From positions 9,616,480-9,680,479 of the forward strand of contig BFEA01000001.1 in the NCBI GenBank assembly GCA_003427395.1: a stretch of DNA of 64,000 bases, written 5' to 3'. The translations under genes and the position numbers were made by a program. This DNA comes from Chara braunii (taxonomy: Eukaryota; Plantae; Charophyceae). The notes beneath the pieces were generated by a model, which did no database searches, was not told the origin of the DNA, and worked only from the letters and a program-made list of their open reading frames with translations. The stretch's first letter is position 1. The number at the start of each line of letters is the position of its first letter. Below, in pieces: positions 58,964 through 64,000 of this stretch.

Positions 58964-61900
58964 TTGCAAGGAAAATAAGCAACAGCGAGATGACAATTCC
59001 AGTTCACACCATCACATTGAAAGCCAGATAGTCACAATGTGTCCAGAGAGCAGCATTGCACCAATAATACACCAATGGAAGTTCGTAGCACTTAAAACCA
59101 ATGTTCATGGAGAGCAAACTCTCTCCCCTCAACACGAGTCCAGTTCCTTCACACTCACACTTGGCGCTCAGCGCCTGCTCCTACACAGCTACTAGAGACT
59201 TCAAAAAGACAATGCAACTGTTGACATCAGCGGCAGCCCGAAGTACTTGAAGATGTCGCCCATGCAGACCATCTTCAATACAAGGTAAGTGCCCTCACAT
59301 CATCATCATCATCATCATCCTTCACCTATCCCCTGACTACACCCACACCTGTCCTCTCTTTTACCTGAAGACCACCCCTGCGCTTCACTGTAGTCCAAGC
59401 CCACCAGCTATGATGGCTGGGCTATGGCGCTGCCCTCAGCAGCGCCTTCCTCCTCTGCACGACCACACGTGCTGCACCCCGCCTCTCAGCGCCAGCCAGC
59501 AGCCGCGAGCCTTTGCTCCAGCAGCGCTGCTGCTAGCATGCGAGTGCCTGAATGAGGCTGCCTGGCCAGAGCTCTTTCCTTTATGGAAAAGAGCTGGCCT
59601 GTGATAAGCTCAGATCCGTACCGCGCGGCTTGCCGTATCCCTGAGGAAAAATCCCGCGGAAGCCCCGAAGTACGGACGCGGATAGAAAGGGGTTTTTCCT
59701 TCTTTTTGCTTTTGTTTTCTTTTTGAAACGACTTTTTCGTTTTGTTTGGTTAATAACTCCCGCGGGCGAATAGCGGCCGCGGTATGAAAACCAAGAAACG
59801 GGTGTGGTTGGGACTTTTTGAATTTTTTGCGTGCACGCCCAAGCTCCGATTTCTTCGCGAGTCTCGCATCCCCGTTTCTTGCTTTGCATCCTCACGCCAT
59901 CTTCCCTTCTTGCTGCGCGCATTTTTCCCATGCAGGACTCTTCGTCTCCCCCTACGCCCAGCTTGATCCTTACCCCGTCTTCCTCTGCGAAGCGACTGGC
60001 TGCGTAGTTGGGATGCTCGGATCAATGTGGAAAGCGGGAAACCGCGCACCACTGGGACGAACACCCCAATCATGTAGCCATGCAATCCCGCGGGTCGAAC
60101 CCTCTAACTCCCCACCTCTCTCTCCTGTCCTGCTCATCTACACCCTGCGCTGCCCGCACCTCGCGCTGTTAACCCGCCGCCTCCCGCGCTATAAATTTGC
60201 GCAACCCTCTCCTCTCCTCCTCTTTGATCTCGACTGCAATGTTGCGCGAGCTATGCGCGAGAGTCCGCGGCGCCGAACAGGCTCGACGAGCCCAAGGACG
60301 GGCGGAGTGACGACGTGGGGTGGACCCCGCGATAGTCTCGGGGCGAAGCAGTCAGAGGGACGGAGCAGTGGTGGGGATTGGACGCCGGCCGGGGCAGGGC
60401 CTTGTGGCTATGGTGGTCGGTGGTCTTGGGAAGTTTTGAAGGCTGCGCCTGGGGGCAGCGGTTAATTGAATTTTTTGTGTACAAGAAGGACTCGCTTTTA
60501 TCTCCATTGCTGCTTTGTCCATGCATGTCGTGTGTGTGAAGCCCCGAGTGATGGGAGCTGGTTATACGCATGAGTGACGTCAAAGGTTCATGGATGATTA
60601 GATGTCCTGTCAAGGATTGTTGATTGCATGCATGTATGGGTGTATGTACTCGTCCGGGCGGGGATGGGCAAACTGAACTGGGGGACCGTCTGCTTAGGAC
60701 TATGAGTGTGTTGATCCGGTTGTTCCCCTCCCCTCCGCGGCCTTTCGTGCGCTCTCGTGCGGTCTTGGTGTAACTCTCTCTCTCTCTCTCCCTCTCTCTT
60801 TCTCCCTTTTTGATCGCCTTCCTTTTGAACTAACAGTCATCGCCTTTTAGAGCTTCTCGTCCCCGTACCGGTGACGTCAACCGCCTGCGTCCACGCGGAC
60901 GGTTGACGCCCCCGCCAAGGGTAGAAAGCTTAGATTCCGTCATCCTCCCCCTACGCACCCACTTTCGAGAGAGAAGAATGGCGACGATTGTTGCATGGAT
61001 TCGGTGTTGGTCCGGATGACCGGGAACGGGGGATCTTGCCCGTGTTCATCACGTACCTCCAATCGTCTCATCTCGCTACCGACCTTCCCCATCACAGATG
61101 ACGACAGCGTCTATTGCGATGCGGACGTACGGCGCGCGCTGAGGCGGACGGAGCAAGTGTGTTGGCAAGACCCGCCTCGAGCTTGTGAGATAAGGGGGAA
61201 CCGGTTTGTTCTGATTGATTGGTTTGATTCCCCGACTCTAATATTGCCTTATACGGGTTTGATGGTGTTGCCCTGGTCGGCCGCTCACGCCGCGTGGCAG
61301 CCGCAGTTTGATTGTCGCTGGTGTCGCCAGGGGGACTCGTGTTCTTGGCGGCGGCTGGTCCTGGGTTACGAGGGAGCGACACGTTTCCCCGAGCTTTCCA
61401 GTAGTGCGGGGGCGCTGCCCGCGCAATTTCGAATTCAGATGCCCGCGAGTCCTCCCGCCACTTTACCCTCCCAGAAACTTTCGCGCGGACTCTGTGAGTT
61501 CGACGCCGAGGCCTGAAGGCCTCGAGCCAACCACCTCCACAGCAAAGACCCGAGGGTTCGTCCACTTCGTGAGGTCGATGATGAGGCCTGAAGGCTTCGA
61601 ACCCACCTCCTATCCCCCAAACCCCTGACGGTCGAAGTTTGTCTTCCGCCGCCATGGCCCTCTCCCCTTGATGCCTTTTTCCGTCCCGATGCATGACGAG
61701 AATTCATTTTTGCGGAAACCTTTTTGATTTTATCGTTTTGGAGTGATCCGACCCCCACAGGACTCCGTGACGACAGTTCGACTCCGAGAAAAACCTCGGC
61801 CAAGAAACGAGAGCCTCCCGTTCCGTCCGGGAAACTCAACACTTACGGCCAAAAATCCTCGGCCATGCCCCTACTAGAACTCTGATCGGCCACCCCGTAC

Positions 61901-62120
61901 GGGGAGCCGCGAGGGGGCGTGAGGTTGGTATCCGAGCTGATTCGTTTCGGCTCCGAGGTTTTCCTAGGACGATTACCCTGTTTTAAAGTTTCTCCTTTTT
62001 CTTTTTGATCTTTTCACTAGAATTTTCGCATTTTTGAGTAGGCTGGCTCCCCATCGTCGGAGGCCCGTGACTAGCAATCAGAACCGGGCGAGAAGCCGGG
62101 CTTGAAACCCGCCTCCTGCG

Positions 62121-63392
62121 ATGGTGGAACCCGGAATCGGGGGTGAAAACGACGGCGACAACCACGCGGGGATGGCCAATCATCCCCTATACTTTGTACC
62201 TCCTCCCTCCGAAGTTCCAATTTTTTATGAAGATGACACCGATCCTCACACCTGGCTAGCTGCCTTGAAAGCCCAGGGCTGGTCAGACCAATTGCTCCAA
62301 GAACGAATTCTCGGAAGGTTAGCCGGAACCGCTTTTGAGTGGTACGGACAAAACCCCTTCACTAATTGGGCAGCCTTCCAGAGGAAATTCCTCGATAGAT
62401 TTGATCACATCGCACCAGGTCAATGCCTCCGTTTAATAAAGGAATACACACAGCAGCCTCGGGAGACCTTGGCTAGATATGCTGAACGTTTTACGTACCT
62501 AGCCGAACGCTCCGGGGTGGATGAGAAAATGGTACAGACTGATTTCATCAGAGGACTGTCAGATTCTCGTCTGCGGAAAAAGATCCGCAAGAAATGCAAC
62601 CCTATAGAACATACCCTGACGGAGCTAATTCAGTACGCAATTAAGTACGGGAAAGAAAATTACGATGTGGGCCTGGACTCAGAATCCGACGAAGATGACC
62701 CTTCGGGTGTTCGACGCAATAGCTACTCCGCTACGGCACGAATGTTCGAAGATCGCTTCGGGTTGGGTCCGGCAAAAAAAGGCTCGGATCGGAAAGCTTC
62801 TTCCTCTGCTTCGGCCTCCCGACGCCCTAGTCAAATGCAAGGAGGCCAGGGCGAGAAAGAAATATCCATGAAAGAGGTCGCGGCCCAACTAGTTACGGTA
62901 GTAGCCCCGTTGACGGAGTTTGTTCAAGGTCTGCAACGACAACGCATAGCCGCCGCACAATGGCAACAGGCGGCTATGGCTGCCGGAGCCCCTATGATAA
63001 GATTGGCCGTGGCCGGGGCTGTCCCACCCCTACGCTGTTATAATTGTAATCAGCCAGGCCACCTTGCGAAAGATTGTCCGAAACCTCGAATTCAGGGCGG
63101 GCCCACCGGACCTTCCCAAATCCCGCTGGCTGCTCCCACCGCTGCAGGACAGGGGAGGGTAGCCACGGTAATGGACACAGGAACGACGGAGATGGTGACC
63201 CCTGCGGCCACTGAGATAGGACCCGATGAGTATATGGTGGCAGCGATGTTCGAACCCGGGACCATCGGAGTGATATGTCACGTCCAATGGATTACCGAGG
63301 AAAGCGACCTCGGGCCGTGGCGACCAGGATTCGAAGATCTTGCGGCACCTGGTCCTGAATACATGGCCATATCGACGTATCGGATGCCTTGA
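62121..63392 (+). CDS. gag: Retrotransposon Gag (capsid plus CCHC zinc knuckle)
   Basis: LAGTAFEWY, WAAFQRKFLDRF, QQPRETLARYAERF, FIRGL, CYNCNQPGHLAKDC. Confidence 0.93.
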   Translation: MVEPGIGGENDGDNHAGMANHPLYFVPPPSEVPIFYEDDTDPHTWLAALKAQGWSDQLLQERILGRLAGTAFEWYGQNPFTNWAAFQRKFLDRFDHIAPGQCLRLIKEYTQQPRETLARYAERFTYLAERSGVDEKMVQTDFIRGLSDSRLRKKIRKKCNPIEHTLTELIQYAIKYGKENYDVGLDSESDEDDPSGVRRNSYSATARMFEDRFGLGPAKKGSDRKASSSASASRRPSQMQGGQGEKEISMKEVAAQLVTVVAPLTEFVQGLQRQRIAAAQWQQAAMAAGAPMIRLAVAGAVPPLRCYNCNQPGHLAKDCPKPRIQGGPTGPSQIPLAAPTAAGQGRVATVMDTGTTEMVTPAATEIGPDEYMVAAMFEPGTIGVICHVQWITEESDLGPWRPGFEDLAAPGPEYMAISTYRMP

Positions 63393-64000
63393 AGGCTCTT
63401 GATCTTCGGATCCCCATCCCTATTCCATATCTGCTAACAATTTTCGAAGCGGCTAACGAAAAGTTGATCGAACGGTGCCTCAAAAACAGGCGCCGATTCG
63501 AGGAAAGTCGAAAGGGCAAAAAGCCGGTCGTACGGGGCCCCTCCACCAACGAGGAGTCACAGCCCTCGACCTCAGAGGTGCACGAAGCCAACCGGATAGG
63601 GATGATCCAGACCGTAGATTCCGCCTCGGAAAAACCCGAGGTATTCCTCCGGGCCTATCCTATAACCCGTAGAGTGTGACTGTGAGGTCTGGGGAAGCCC
63701 CTCGGCCGCCATCCTAGACTCGGGATCGTCGGCGGTCGCCATTTCTTGGAGATTGACAAGACAGTTGGGAAGGGAAGGACAGGTTCAGCCCCTCCGACCG
63801 GATGAGCTGTATATATCTGCTACAGAAGACAGTATTCATTGTAAAGGGCGAATAACGGACGTGCCTATACGGGTGGGGCGGGTGCATTGTTTGTGTGACG
63901 TGATCGTGCTGGATGTACAGGCGTATGATGTTCTGCTAGGTATTCCGTGGCAGGCGGCGGTCGGAGCGCGAATGCATTTTGACAGCTATAAGGTGGTGCT
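63389..64000 (+). pseudogene. Gag-pol linker and aspartic protease, frameshifted, running off the window
   Basis: AILDSGSSAVAIS at ~63710 and YDVLLGIPW near 63925; frame changes near 63390 and 63670. Confidence 0.85.

Larger units (their letters stand above)
59600..64000 (+). mobile_element. Ty3/gypsy LTR retrotransposon, 5' part (LTR start approximate)
   Basis: TATA-like CTATAAAT at 60190; PBS TGGTATCCGAGC at 61926-61937 (1 mismatch to the tRNA-iMet type); gag then protease follow. Confidence 0.85.

Noticed and set aside
59230-59280. RT FKYLG-like peptide FKYFGLPL on the minus strand
   Set aside because: Isolated motif with no neighbouring RT domains

Overview
Eukaryotic draft-assembly DNA with three N gaps, made almost entirely of nested transposable elements. 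I found no host gene I can support. The tRNA-Asp and tRNA-iMet primer-binding sites and the L1/Tx1-type LINEs fit a green plant or streptophyte alga (Chara-like); that assignment is inference only. Main contents: (1) a ~9.9 kb full-length LINE (36099-46043, 15-bp TSD; CCHC ORF1; APE-RT-zinc-finger ORF2 with in-frame stops) plus several decayed or truncated relatives; (2) a Sola-like DDD transposase pseudogene; (3) a Mutator-like element and hAT-type MITEs with TSDs; (4) tRNA-derived SINEs; (5) several LTR-retrotransposon pieces, including a Ty3/gypsy gag-protease at the right edge. The most notable unexplained signal is a 3' RNA module shared by six divergent LINE ends: two tandem H-type pseudoknots with compensatory changes, usually a long hairpin, then poly(A). 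Also notable are an unrecognised ~140-aa domain arrayed in tandem behind an Athila-type PBS, a hairpin array with a fixed loop, and a covarying ~430-nt structure shared by two LTR-like repeats. A Nextera mate-pair junction adapter at 8526-8553 shows that one local duplication is an assembly artefact.
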